A stretch of DNA of 64,000 nt from an uncultured Methylomirabilota bacterium. GTDB taxonomy: Bacteria; Methylomirabilota; Methylomirabilia; Methylomirabilales; 2-02-FULL-66-22. Where the stretch lies: positions 7,770 to 71,769 of the forward strand of contig CAVSHW010000039.1 of assembly GCA_963727695.1 (NCBI GenBank). Direction: 5' to 3'. Each line of letters starts with the position of its first letter. Positions within the stretch are counted from its first letter, which is position 1. Position numbers and translations under genes: made by a program. Positions 36,024-45,674 of the stretch are shown one piece after another. The notes beneath the pieces were generated by a model, which was not told the DNA's origin, searched no databases, and saw only the letters and a program-made list of their open reading frames with translations.

Positions 36024-37130
36024 CTACTTGAAGACACCCGCATCTCGGGCCGGCTTGCCGTATTCCCAGGATTCCTCGGGGCGGTAAAACTCGCGCCAGT
36101 CGGGGTAACGGTAACGCCCGATGTCGCGATCCCGCGGGTACATAATCATCCCGCCCGGCTGCATGATGATGGCCTTCATGCTCGGGTTCCGCTTCGCGAA
36201 GACCCACTCCACCTCGCCGGGGTCGGAGGCGACGTTCCCCCAGGTCTCCCAGTGAAAGGGGATAAATCGTTTTGCCCGTAGCGACTCCATGATCATATAG
36301 GCGTCGTATGGCGTGGGCTTGTCTTTGCCCCCTGGGGCATTGTTCCCGATGTTGAAGATCGCCAGGTCGATGTCGTACTTGTTGCCCAAGGTCACGTAGG
36401 CGTTGTGGTACAGCGTATCGCCTAGAAACAGGATGTTTGCCCCCTCCGTCTTGAACAAGTACCCGACGGCCACCTCGCGGAAGGGCCGGGTTTGCCCCGG
36501 CTTCTTTGCGAAGGTGTACGTGGCGATCACGTCGAAGTTCTCGGTCACCTCGATCTCAACGTCGTCCACCGCGATCTTCATGCCGGGTTCCGCGATGTCG
36601 ATCCGCTGCTCTGGCATGCCGAAGATCCGCATGCGTTCCACCGTCGACATCGGGCCAACGAAACGGCAGCCAGTCGTCTGGTTGTACGCCTTGAGGCTGT
36701 AGATGTCGCAATGGTCGGCGTGCTGGTGGGTGCAGAGTGCATAATCCAGCTTCTCGAAGCGCCAGGGATTGAACACCTGCGGGTAGAGGCGGAACCAATT
36801 GATGTACGGCGCGCCGGTTGTGCGGCAGACCCCGCAGCTCGTCTCCTCGGTGTAATGGGACGGGCCGGCATAGCTATCAATGATGAAGATGCGGCCGGCG
36901 GCGCTCTTGATGAGGAACGTGCCCGCGCCAAACCACCACAGACCCACTTGTCCTTTCTCGACCTTCGTCATCGCGACCTGCCGGTTGAGGAAGTGCCCCC
37001 ACTCTGGGAAACACTCCTCCCGCCACCGTGCCTCGTCCATCGGCCGGTCCTGCGTCAGTAGGTACCCCCCGCGCATGATCCCCCGACCGTCGTTCTTGGG
37101 ATCCGCCTGCACCATGGGATCGTCAATCAT
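36024..37130 (-). CDS. UlaG-like metallo-beta-lactamase-fold lactonase (paralog 2)
   Basis: FPEWGHFLNRQV...GLWWFGAGTFLIKS, HxHxDH as THQHADHCD, YLFKTEGANILFLGDT, IPFHWETWGN. Collinear with E. coli UlaG as I recall it. Start MIDDPMV at 37130. Confidence 0.8.
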   Translation of the reverse strand: MIDDPMVQADPKNDGRGIMRGGYLLTQDRPMDEARWREECFPEWGHFLNRQVAMTKVEKGQVGLWWFGAGTFLIKSAAGRIFIIDSYAGPSHYTEETSCGVCRTTGAPYINWFRLYPQVFNPWRFEKLDYALCTHQHADHCDIYSLKAYNQTTGCRFVGPMSTVERMRIFGMPEQRIDIAEPGMKIAVDDVEIEVTENFDVIATYTFAKKPGQTRPFREVAVGYLFKTEGANILFLGDTLYHNAYVTLGNKYDIDLAIFNIGNNAPGGKDKPTPYDAYMIMESLRAKRFIPFHWETWGNVASDPGEVEWVFAKRNPSMKAIIMQPGGMIMYPRDRDIGRYRYPDWREFYRPEESWEYGKPARDAGVFK

Positions 37131-37221
37131 AGTCTCTTTCTCCTCTCGTGAGTTGCGTGGTAGATGCCAGGCATCCTCTGAGAGCCGCGAGCCAGGCGGA
37201 TCATTTCGCGCGAGCGGTCGG

Positions 37222-38322
37222 CTATTCGAATGCGCCAGCGGCGCGGGCCGGCCCGCCGTATTCCCAGGAACACTCCGGGCGATAGTTCTCGCGGCTGTCC
37301 GAGTATCTGTATCGTCCGATGTCTTTGTCTCGTGGGAAAACGATCGCCGCTCCGGGCTGCAAGATGATGGGCCTGATTCTTGGATTCCTCTTAGCAAAGA
37401 TCCACTCGACCTCGCCGGGATCGCTGGCCACATTGCTCCACGACTCCCAGTGGAACGGGATGAAATAGTCGGCTTTCAGCGCCTCCATGATCATGTACGC
37501 ATCATACGGCGTGGGTTTGTCCAGAGCACCCGGCGCATTGTTGCCGATATTGAATATCGCCAGGTCGATGTCATACTTCTGGCCAAGCAGCACGTACGCG
37601 TTCTGGTACAGCGTATCACCCAGGAACAGGATGTTGCCTCCTTCGGTCTTGAACAGGTATGCGACGGCCACGTCGGCGAAAGGCCGGCGTTCCCCCGGCT
37701 TGGAGGCGCCGGTGTACGTGGCGATCGTATCGAAACAGGGCACCACCTCGATCTCGGTCGCGCCGTACTTTAGGGTGTCTCCGGGCTTGACCCGCGCGAT
37801 GCGGTCTTCGGGCACCTTGAAATTTCGGAATCGCTCCACACAGGATAGCGGGCCGACAAACGGGCAGTCGGTCGTCTGCAGCGCCGCCTTGATGGTATAG
37901 ACATCGCAATGGTCTGAATGGTGATGGGTGGAAAGGGCCGCGTCCAGCCGGGCGAAGCCCCAGGGATCAAATACCTGCGGCCATAGCTTCATCCAGTTGA
38001 TGGTCGTCGCGCCGCTGGTCCGGCAGACACCGCAATTCTGATATTCGGTGTAGGACGAAGGCCCGGCATAGCCGTCCACCAGGAAGACCTCTCCAGTACG
38101 TGTCTTGAGGACGAAGGACGGCCCACCGAACCACCACAGGTTGACCTGCCCTTGCTCGACCTGCGCATCCCGGATTTGGTTGTTGAGGAATGTTCCCCAT
38201 TCGGGAAAGACCTCGCGCAGCCATTGATCCCGATCCATGGGGCGGTCGACCGATTGCATCCAGGTAGCGCGCATCACTCCCCGTCCATCATTCTCAGGAT
38301 CATCCCACCTCATCGTGTTCAT
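37222..38322 (-). CDS. UlaG-like metallo-beta-lactamase-fold lactonase (paralog 1)
   Basis: FPEWGTFLNNQI, THHHSDHCD, YLFKTEGGNILFLGDT, IPFHWESWSN. Start MNTMRWDD at 38322 (GAGGAGGTGAGA RBS). Roughly 60-65% identical to the neighbouring paralog. Confidence 0.8.
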   Translation of the reverse strand: MNTMRWDDPENDGRGVMRATWMQSVDRPMDRDQWLREVFPEWGTFLNNQIRDAQVEQGQVNLWWFGGPSFVLKTRTGEVFLVDGYAGPSSYTEYQNCGVCRTSGATTINWMKLWPQVFDPWGFARLDAALSTHHHSDHCDVYTIKAALQTTDCPFVGPLSCVERFRNFKVPEDRIARVKPGDTLKYGATEIEVVPCFDTIATYTGASKPGERRPFADVAVAYLFKTEGGNILFLGDTLYQNAYVLLGQKYDIDLAIFNIGNNAPGALDKPTPYDAYMIMEALKADYFIPFHWESWSNVASDPGEVEWIFAKRNPRIRPIILQPGAAIVFPRDKDIGRYRYSDSRENYRPECSWEYGGPARAAGAFE

Positions 38323-38508
38323 TCTCACCTCCTCGGACGGTCCCGTTGGGACTATGGAGATTGCGAGCGAACCAATCATGCCGCTGCCGTGCCGGTGTCA
38401 TCACGGCCAGCGGCCTGCCCGCATATCGGCCCGGAGCGAACGGCACGGTCCTGCCGGGCATGCCGTGCTCCCCCGGCGGCAGTCGGGCAGAGATCTTCGG
38501 ACGGGTGC

Positions 38509-40023
38509 CTACACCGCGCCGCCGGTCGCCGCCGTAAGAATCTCTTCCTCGGTTGCGCGCGCGCCCTCGAATTCGGCCACCAGCCGCCCATCGTGCATCA
38601 CCAGGATCCGGTCTGCCATCCCCAGGATCTCGGGGAGCTCCGAGGAGATCATCAGGATCGCGGCGCCCGCGTCGGCGAGCTGGCGCATAATGCGATAGAT
38701 CTCCGCTTTCGTCCCAACGTCGATGCCCCGCGTGGGCTCATCGAGGATGAGCAGGCGGGGGTCGCGCACCAGCCATTTCGCAAGCACGACTTTCTGCTGG
38801 GTGCCGCCGCTTAGGCTCAGGACCGGTTGATCGACGCCGCTGGCGCGGATGGCGAGCTGACCCAGCCAGTGCCGAGACGCCGCCAGCTCTCGGCTCCGCC
38901 GCACAAAGCCCCAGCGTCGGAAGAGGTCGAGGTTGGGCAGCCCGATGTTCTTCCGAATGGAGAGCAGTTGGATCAGCCCCTCCAACTTCCGGTCCTCGGG
39001 GATGAGAACGATGCCAGCCCGCACGGCATCATGGGGGCTCCGGATTCGCACCGGCTTGCCCGCCAGCTCGATCGTCCCCGTGTCGATCGGGTCGGCGCCG
39101 AAGACCGCGCGGGCAAACTCTGTCCGGCCGGCGCCGACCAGCCCGGCCAGCCCGACGATCTCGCCCGCGCGCACCTCGAGACTGAGGTCGTGAAGTACGC
39201 CTCGACGCGAGAGGCCGCGTACTCTCAGAACCACGGCGCGGGGCTGCGAACTGCGTGGCGGGAACGTCTCGGCGAGGTTTCTCCCGACCATCATCTGCAC
39301 GAGGTCGTTCCGCGTCACGTCCGAGATCCGGCGGCTACCCACCAGCTTCCCGTCCTTGAGGACCGTCACGCGGTCGGCGATCTCGAAGACCTCGTTCAGT
39401 CGATGGGAGATGTAGATGACGGCGACCCCCCTCCGCTTCAGGTCCCGGATGACCTGGAACAGATACTCCAGCTCATGCTCCGTCAGGCTGGACGACGGCT
39501 CGTCCATGATGATCAGGTCGGCGTGCAGCGAGAGTGCTTTCGCGATCTCGACGAACTGGCACTGGGCTACCGTCAGGTGCGCGATCAGGTCCGTCGGTCG
39601 CAGGCGGCCGTGCAGACTCTCCAGCAGTTCCTGGGACCGCCCCCGGAGCGCCCGGCCGTCGATGACTCCGAGGCGTGTGACCGGCTCCCGGCCGAGCCAG
39701 ATGTTCTCCTCGACGGTGAGGTAGGGGAGGAGGTTCAGCTCCTGCATGATGATCGCGATGCCGATCTGCTGCGCCTGCCGCGGGCTGGCGATGTGTACCG
39801 GCCGGCCCCGGAAGACGATCTGCCCGATGTCCGGCTGGTACGCGCCGGCGAGGATCTTCATCAGGGTCGACTTGCCCGCCCCATTCTCGCCGACCAGGGC
39901 CAATACTTCGCCTGCACGGCACTCGAGCGAGACGGCGTCGAGCGCGGTCACGCCTGGGAAGCGCTTGGTGATGCCGTCCATCCGCAGCAGGATGTCCGTG
40001 TCCGGTGCCTTCTCGCCCGTCAT
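38509..40023 (-). CDS. Sugar ABC transporter ATP-binding protein, two NBDs (RbsA/MglA type)
   Basis: MTGEKAPDTDILLRMDGITKRFPGVTALD...GENGAGKST...second Walker A GLVGAGRTE...LSGGTQQK. Start at 40023. The rest of the 819-aa track ORF is out-of-frame read-through. Confidence 0.9.
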   Translation of the reverse strand: MTGEKAPDTDILLRMDGITKRFPGVTALDAVSLECRAGEVLALVGENGAGKSTLMKILAGAYQPDIGQIVFRGRPVHIASPRQAQQIGIAIIMQELNLLPYLTVEENIWLGREPVTRLGVIDGRALRGRSQELLESLHGRLRPTDLIAHLTVAQCQFVEIAKALSLHADLIIMDEPSSSLTEHELEYLFQVIRDLKRRGVAVIYISHRLNEVFEIADRVTVLKDGKLVGSRRISDVTRNDLVQMMVGRNLAETFPPRSSQPRAVVLRVRGLSRRGVLHDLSLEVRAGEIVGLAGLVGAGRTEFARAVFGADPIDTGTIELAGKPVRIRSPHDAVRAGIVLIPEDRKLEGLIQLLSIRKNIGLPNLDLFRRWGFVRRSRELAASRHWLGQLAIRASGVDQPVLSLSGGTQQKVVLAKWLVRDPRLLILDEPTRGIDVGTKAEIYRIMRQLADAGAAILMISSELPEILGMADRILVMHDGRLVAEFEGARATEEEILTAATGGAV

Positions 40024-40037
40024 TCGACGTCGCTCCT

Positions 40038-41024
40038 CTACTGGAACCGCCGTAATTGATACGCGCTGATGGCGAGCACGATGATCGTGCCCTTGATGAC
40101 GATCTGAGAGAAGGGCAGGATATTGAGCAGGTTCATCAAGTTGCTTAGCACCGCGTAGAGCAGGACACCCCCCAGCGTTCCGGCGATGCTGCCCCGGCCG
40201 CCCATGATGTCCGTCCCCCCGATCACGACCGCGGAAATGGCGTCCAGGTCGAACCCGTAACCCACCAGCGGGTCCCCGACATTCATGCGCGCGGCGAGGA
40301 ACAGTCCCGTGGCAGCGGCACCGGAGGCCGACAGCAGGTACGTGACCGTCTTGATCCGCCGAGTGGCGACGCCGGAGAGACGGGCGACCTCCTCGTTCCC
40401 GCCCACAGCCAAGACGTAGCGCCCGTACCGAGTGCAACGGAGCGCGAAGTGGGCGGCCAGAAAGATCGCGGCGGCGAGGAGCACGGGTACCGGCAGCGGC
40501 CCCAGGTGGCCTTCGGCAATCGTCCGGAAACCGTCCGGAATGGACCCGACATGCTGCTCCTTGGTGTACAACAAGACTATCCCGTTGATCACCGCCATGC
40601 TGCCAAGCGTGACGATGAACGGATTGCCCTTCCGCTGCGCGACCGCAAACCCGTTGAGCAGGCCCACGGCGATGACGGCGACGAGGACCGCTCCCAGGGC
40701 GGGCAGGATACCCGCGCCGTGGCCATCCATGATCCCGGCGGTGAGGCAAGCGGTCAGGCTGATCATCGCGCCGACCGAGAGATCGATGCAGTCCGCGGTG
40801 ATGGCAAACGTCTGCCCGACGCTCACGAACCCGAGTGCGGTGGCCTGGCGGAGCACGTTGAAGATGTTGGCAGGTGTGAGGAACTCCGGGGCAAAGCCCC
40901 CGCCAACGACCACGAGGGCCGCAAGCAGGAGCCACACCGTGTGCTGCCCGATGAGCGCAACGGCCCACCCTGCGGTGCCCGTCGGCGCGACGCCTCGCGT
41001 CTGCGCATCTGCCGTTTGGCTCAT
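40038..41024 (-). CDS. Sugar ABC transporter permease (RbsC type)
   Basis: NIFNVLRQATALGFVSVGQTFAI...IDLSVGA. Start MSQTADAQ at 41024. Confidence 0.9.
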   Translation of the reverse strand: MSQTADAQTRGVAPTGTAGWAVALIGQHTVWLLLAALVVVGGGFAPEFLTPANIFNVLRQATALGFVSVGQTFAITADCIDLSVGAMISLTACLTAGIMDGHGAGILPALGAVLVAVIAVGLLNGFAVAQRKGNPFIVTLGSMAVINGIVLLYTKEQHVGSIPDGFRTIAEGHLGPLPVPVLLAAAIFLAAHFALRCTRYGRYVLAVGGNEEVARLSGVATRRIKTVTYLLSASGAAATGLFLAARMNVGDPLVGYGFDLDAISAVVIGGTDIMGGRGSIAGTLGGVLLYAVLSNLMNLLNILPFSQIVIKGTIIVLAISAYQLRRFQ

Positions 41025-41112
41025 TCCCGTCCCTCGCACGTCACGCCCATGCCGCACGCCCCAACAGAACAGGGCAGGTAAGCGAGGGCTCCTCGCTCAC
41101 CTGCCCCAGCGC

Positions 41113-42225
41113 TTAACGTCCTTCGATCTTCCAAGTCGCAGGCAAGATGCTCGGATACCACTCGTCCGAGCGGTCCGGGACCACCACCTTGTCGATCGTG
41201 CTCGCGTCGTACATCTGGCTGGGGATATCCCAACGCTTTGGTACCGGCTGCCCGTTCAAGATCATGAGGGCGGCGACGATCGATGCGCCGCTGCAATAGG
41301 TCGGGTTGGTAGAGATCATGCCCGCCTTGTTTTTGGCGATCCACTTCATCCAGCCGTTGTAGTCGTCGCCCGTGATCGGGAGGCTGGTCGGCTTCACGCC
41401 GGCCTCCTCCAGCGCTTCCACGATCCCCATGGAAATCATGCCGCCCTGGCTCAGGATGCCGTCGATCTTCTTGAAGGATTGGACATAGTCCTCCATGGCC
41501 GTTTTGGCCTCCGAGCGCGACCAGTTCGTTGGCTTGCGGACGAGGATCTCGATGTCCTTATACTTTGACAGGACCTCCTGCGCTCCCTGGAAGCGCTCCA
41601 CCTGCGGGCCGCTCCCCGCGGGGCCTTCGATGGAAATAATCTTGCCCTTCCCGTTCAACTGCTTCGCCAGCCAGAGGCCCTGATTCCGGCCGATGTCGAT
41701 CGCCGGCGTCGTGTTCTGCGTCACATACTGGGTCGTCTTGGTGCTGCGATTCGACACGATGACCGGGATGTTCTTGCTCATCGCCTTCTCGATGCCGGGG
41801 ACCGCCGCATCGAGCGTGCAGGGGCGTATGATCAGGGCGTCAACGCCCTTGGCGATGAGGTCCTCCACGTCCGACAACTGCTTGGCCGCGCTGTCCCCGG
41901 CATCGGTCGTATAGAACTGCGAGATCTGCTGCGGGTACTTAGCCGCCTCCCATTTCGCGGTCTCCCAGAAAAGGACGGCCCACGCGTTGGTGGTGGAGCA
42001 GTTTGAGAAACCGATCTTGTAGGGGCCGGGCTTCTTGTATTTGGCCGTGTCCACCATCTGGGGGGTAGTACCGGCGGGCCACTTGTAGACGTCGGGGATC
42101 TCCACTAGTTTGCCGCCGGTGGGTACCGCGGCTGCGGCCGGGATCGAAGCCGCCAGGAGACAGACCAGGGCACTGATCGTAACACCTGCTAAGACTGCCG
42201 TGTAATGACGCCTGATGAGTCGCAT
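41113..42225 (-). CDS. Periplasmic sugar-binding protein (type I PBP)
   Basis: Start MRLIRRHYTAVLAGVTISALVCLLAASIPAAAA at 42225 (GAGGAGGAG RBS). ...KIGFSNCSTTNAW...VDALIIRP... Confidence 0.85.
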   Translation of the reverse strand: MRLIRRHYTAVLAGVTISALVCLLAASIPAAAAVPTGGKLVEIPDVYKWPAGTTPQMVDTAKYKKPGPYKIGFSNCSTTNAWAVLFWETAKWEAAKYPQQISQFYTTDAGDSAAKQLSDVEDLIAKGVDALIIRPCTLDAAVPGIEKAMSKNIPVIVSNRSTKTTQYVTQNTTPAIDIGRNQGLWLAKQLNGKGKIISIEGPAGSGPQVERFQGAQEVLSKYKDIEILVRKPTNWSRSEAKTAMEDYVQSFKKIDGILSQGGMISMGIVEALEEAGVKPTSLPITGDDYNGWMKWIAKNKAGMISTNPTYCSGASIVAALMILNGQPVPKRWDIPSQMYDASTIDKVVVPDRSDEWYPSILPATWKIEGR

Positions 42226-42332
42226 CGCTCCTCCTCTTGCGTGCTGAGCACGCTGCCGGGATCGGATTCGAGCCGGGGTGCCGATCTGTTCGATGCGGCG
42301 GACCTTCACCTCCTCTCGATGCCGACGCAGTG

Positions 42333-43307
42333 TCACGCCTGCTTGACGGTTGCCACTGCGGCAATGATGACGATCCCCATGGCGATTAGATACGCGTAGG
42401 GACTGACGCCGAGGATGTTCAGCAGGTTCTGCAGCACGGTCATCATGAGCACGCCGCCGACGGTTCCCATGACACCGCCCCGCCCTCCTGCAAAGGAGGT
42501 GCCCCCGATGACGACGGCCGCAATCGCGTTCAGTTCGTACCCGTTCCCCATCACGTTGTCAGCATTGCCCGACCGCGCGCCGAGCACCAACCCACCCAGG
42601 GCGGCCAGGACACCGGAGATTAGATAAGCCAGAATCAATACGCGGTCCGTCCGCACGCCCGCCAGCCGTGCCGCCCTGGCGTTGGCCCCCACGGCGTAGA
42701 GCTTCCGGCCGAAGACGGTCTGTGTGAGCACCACCCAGCCCAAGAGCACGACGCCGGCCCAGAGCAGCACCTGGCCGGGGATGCCAAGCACATAGGTCTG
42801 GCCGAGCACCGCCCGAAAGAGCGGCGTCGTTTGCCCTTGTGGGGCGCCCTTTGTGAACATCAGGGCCAGTCCGAAGACGATGGTGCGCGTGCCGAGGGTC
42901 ATGAGAAAAGGTGGGACATTCACCTTGCTGACCATGACGCCGTTGCCCAGACCGATGAGCGCGCCGAGGGCAAGGCAGAGGAGAATGACGGGGGCGATCA
43001 TCGCGTCGTTGCCGCCAAGGTACTTGAACGCGACGACCGCGCTGAGCGTCATCACCGTTGCCTGGGAGAGGTCCGCACCGCCGGACAGCACGACTATCGT
43101 CTGCCCGACCCCAATGATACCAAGCGTGGCCGCCTGCCGCAGGACATTGAGCAGATTCCGAGTGCGAAGGAACGCGGGCGAGAGCACCGCTGCCACGGCG
43201 ACCAGCAGCGCCACGACGAGCCAGATAACGACCGCCTGGCTCCCCTGGAACGCCGTGCGGGAGGCTCGATCGTCTGGCAAAGCGGGTGACACGGGCATCG
43301 CACTCAC
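42333..43307 (-). CDS. Sugar ABC transporter permease (RbsC type), first gene of the operon
   Basis: NLLNVLRQAATLGIIGVGQTIVVLSGGADLS. GTG start at 43307 (ATG alternative at 43298). Confidence 0.85.
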   Translation of the reverse strand: MSAMPVSPALPDDRASRTAFQGSQAVVIWLVVALLVAVAAVLSPAFLRTRNLLNVLRQAATLGIIGVGQTIVVLSGGADLSQATVMTLSAVVAFKYLGGNDAMIAPVILLCLALGALIGLGNGVMVSKVNVPPFLMTLGTRTIVFGLALMFTKGAPQGQTTPLFRAVLGQTYVLGIPGQVLLWAGVVLLGWVVLTQTVFGRKLYAVGANARAARLAGVRTDRVLILAYLISGVLAALGGLVLGARSGNADNVMGNGYELNAIAAVVIGGTSFAGGRGGVMGTVGGVLMMTVLQNLLNILGVSPYAYLIAMGIVIIAAVATVKQA

Positions 43308-43346
43308 AGCGAGGGCTCCCGTTCCAGCGAATTCAGCAGATGAGCA

Positions 43347-43382
43347 ATGGTCGTACTATACCATTTCCGAGTGTGGCGTCAA
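43347..43382 (-). promoter_or_regulatory. Candidate promoter with overlapping GntR-type operator for the minus-strand operon
   Basis: Minus strand: TTGACG (43382-43377), a 16-nt spacer, TATAGT (43360-43355). The palindrome ATGGT-N8-ACCAT (43347-43364) covers the -10 box. Confidence 0.4.
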
Positions 43383-43446
43383 GGGCGGTGTGAGCGTTTC
43401 GTCTTGGTAACATAAGGTGTTTCAGGTCTGGTGGACCACTAATCTG

Positions 43447-43476
43447 CTTGACAAAATGCAGAAATGTCAAGAGTAT
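43447..43476 (+). promoter_or_regulatory. Palindrome CTTGACA-N11-TGTCAAG with a possible promoter for the GntR gene
   Basis: TTGACA at 43448-43453, a 17-nt spacer, GAGTAT at 43471-43476. The inverted repeat spans 43447-43471. Confidence 0.35.
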
Positions 43477-43521
43477 CAAGACAAAGTCATCTGCTCACTT
43501 GAACCAGGGAGGCGGTGAGGT

Positions 43522-44256
43522 GTGCGCGGCAAGGCGGCGAGAGGAGTCCTGAAGCACGGCGAAGTGGAGCGACAGAAGCGCAGCAGTTTCGTCATCGACC
43601 GCATCATTGCGTCGGTCATGGGGGGGCGACTCAAGCCCGGGGACCATATGCCATCGATCGAGGCCCTCGCGCGGCAGTTCGCGGTGGGGCGAACGTCGGT
43701 GCGCGAGGCCCTCATGGCACTGGAGTTGGTGGGGATCGTGGAACTCAGGCACGGGGGCGGCACCTTCGTTCGGGCAGATGTTTCGGGCTTCTTCCTGAAG
43801 CCGCTGAGCTGGAGCGTCCTACTGGACCAGTCCAAGATTGCTGCGCTCGCCGAGACGCGACGCTGCATGGAGAGCGAACTGGCCGCCATGGCAGCCCAGC
43901 GCGCGACACCCGAGGAAGTGAAGGAGATCGAAAGACAACTCCTCGGGATGGAAGCGGTCTGCCACCAGCCGGAAGAATATGTGAAGATCGACCCCCAGTT
44001 TCACCTCGCCGTGTGGCGTGCCGCCGGCAATGAGGTCATGCTCAACATGCTGACCTCGATCCTGGATCTCCTACGGCGAGTCATTGCCGCGGCGGTCTCG
44101 AACGCCCCGGCTTCCATTGAGGCGGGCCTGGTGAATCACCGCCAGATCTTCGAGGCCATCGCAGCTCGCGACCCTGAGGGCGCTCGCTTCAGCATGCGGC
44201 GCCACCTCGATTATGTGGGACGACTGGCGATGCCGACCTCTCCCCCGCTCCTCTGA
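43522..44256 (+). CDS. GntR-family transcriptional regulator, FadR/FCD subfamily
   Basis: Winged HTH LKPGDHMPSIEALARQFAVGRTSVREALMALELVGIVELRHGGGTFV, then a helical FCD domain. GTG start after GGGAGG. Confidence 0.9.
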   Translation: MRGKAARGVLKHGEVERQKRSSFVIDRIIASVMGGRLKPGDHMPSIEALARQFAVGRTSVREALMALELVGIVELRHGGGTFVRADVSGFFLKPLSWSVLLDQSKIAALAETRRCMESELAAMAAQRATPEEVKEIERQLLGMEAVCHQPEEYVKIDPQFHLAVWRAAGNEVMLNMLTSILDLLRRVIAAAVSNAPASIEAGLVNHRQIFEAIAARDPEGARFSMRRHLDYVGRLAMPTSPPLL

Positions 44257-44380
44257 TCGGAGTGTGTGAGCAATCGGAGTCTGAGACGCCTCTCGCAAGC
44301 GAGTGATACCATACCCTAGTGCGGCTCGTGGTGAACAGTCGTGGTGGGGTTTCGCGGTGGGGAGCATTGGGAGGATGACC

Positions 44381-44424
44381 ACCTCGAAAGAAACCGGGGC
44401 AGGCATCTGCGCGATGCCTGCCCC
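44381..44424 (-). terminator. Rho-independent terminator of the BMP/nucleoside ABC operon
   Basis: Minus sense: GGGGCAGGCAT-cgcgcag-ATGCCTGCCCC followed by GGTTTCTTTCG. 18 nt after the stop at 44442. Confidence 0.7.
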
Positions 44425-44441
44425 ATTGACGCCGAAACGGC

Positions 44442-45524
44442 TTACGACTTCGGCAGCTTGCCCTGCACCCCCTCGACATAGAAGTCCATCTTCTGCATCT
44501 CGTCGTCGCTCATGCGCTTGCCGGCGGCCACTCGAACCTTGCCCTCGTTGTCCTTCATTGGACCGGCGAACGGGTGGAACCTGCCCGCCACGATCTCCTT
44601 TTCGATCTTGGCCACCTGCTCCTTCACCTCGGCCGGGACCGCAACATTCAGCGGGGCCAGCTTCACCATGCCGTCCTTGATCCCGCCCCAGATGTTGGTC
44701 GGCTTCCACGTGCCCCCGATCACCTCCTGGGCTGTCTTGATGTACAGATCGCCCCACAGATGGGTGGCCGCCGTCAACTGGGACTTGGGGCCGTACTTGG
44801 ACATGTCGGAGTGATATCCGACCGACCAGACCCCCTTCTCCTCCGCCGTCTGCACCACGGCGGTGGAATCGGTGTGGTGGGTCAATACATCCGCCCCCTG
44901 CGAGATCAACGTCATCGCCGCCTCACGCTCCCGGCCCGGATCGAACCAGGAGTTCACCCAGATCACCTTCAACTCGGCCTTGGGGCTTACACTTCGCATA
45001 CCTCGCACAAAGGCGTTGATGCCCTGGAGGACCTCGGGGATCGGGAAAGCGGCCACGTAGCCCGCTACACCGCTCTTGGTCATCCTCCCCGCCACCACGC
45101 CGGCTAGATAGCGTGCCTCATAGAAGCGGGCGTTGTAGATCCCCACATTCTTGGCCGATTTGTAACCGGTGGCGTGCATGAAGATCACGTTCGGAAACTG
45201 GGTCGCCACCTTGATCGTGGGGTTCATATAACCGAAAGAGGTCGTGAAGATCAGCCGCTCCCCCTCGCCGGCCAGCTCGCGGATCACGCGCTCCGCATCC
45301 GCGCCCTCGGGCACGTTCTCCACGTACTTGGTGACCACCTTGTCTCCCAGCGCCTTTTCCAGGGCCTTCCGGCCCAGATCGTGCTGGAAGGTCCAGCCCG
45401 CGTCCCCGATGGGGCTCACGTACACGAACCCGACCTTGAGCGCCTCGCCCGCCTGGGCCACCCCCACCGCAAGCAGGAGCGCCGCCCCCACCGCCAACAT
45501 CGTCGCCCATGTCGTCTTGCGCAT
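44442..45524 (-). CDS. BMP-family (Med/PnrA-like) ABC substrate-binding lipoprotein, probably nucleoside-binding
   Basis: LKVGFVYVSPIGDAGWTFQHDLG...TTSFGYMNPT...AGYVAAFPIPEV... Confidence 0.9.
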   Translation of the reverse strand: MRKTTWATMLAVGAALLLAVGVAQAGEALKVGFVYVSPIGDAGWTFQHDLGRKALEKALGDKVVTKYVENVPEGADAERVIRELAGEGERLIFTTSFGYMNPTIKVATQFPNVIFMHATGYKSAKNVGIYNARFYEARYLAGVVAGRMTKSGVAGYVAAFPIPEVLQGINAFVRGMRSVSPKAELKVIWVNSWFDPGREREAAMTLISQGADVLTHHTDSTAVVQTAEEKGVWSVGYHSDMSKYGPKSQLTAATHLWGDLYIKTAQEVIGGTWKPTNIWGGIKDGMVKLAPLNVAVPAEVKEQVAKIEKEIVAGRFHPFAGPMKDNEGKVRVAAGKRMSDDEMQKMDFYVEGVQGKLPKS

Positions 45525-45674
45525 CGAAATCTCCTGTGTGAGAGAAGAGAAGCATACAGCCGTCAGCCCTCAGTAGATGTCTTCACATTCGCGCAATCCG
45601 CAATCCGAAATCGCCCCCCGTCTCCCTGTCACCCCTCCCCGCTCCCCTGCTCCCCTCTCCGCGCCCCCTCGCAC

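Noticed and set aside
33838-36207. 789-aa minus-strand ORF
   Set aside because: Only residues from MTIKERIL (35988) to the 10-bp duplication are genuine. The remainder is an out-of-frame, Arg/Pro/Gly-rich read-through across the eamA gene region. The 819-aa (38509..40968) and 881-aa (46595..49240) ORFs likewise merge neighbouring genes through out-of-frame stretches.
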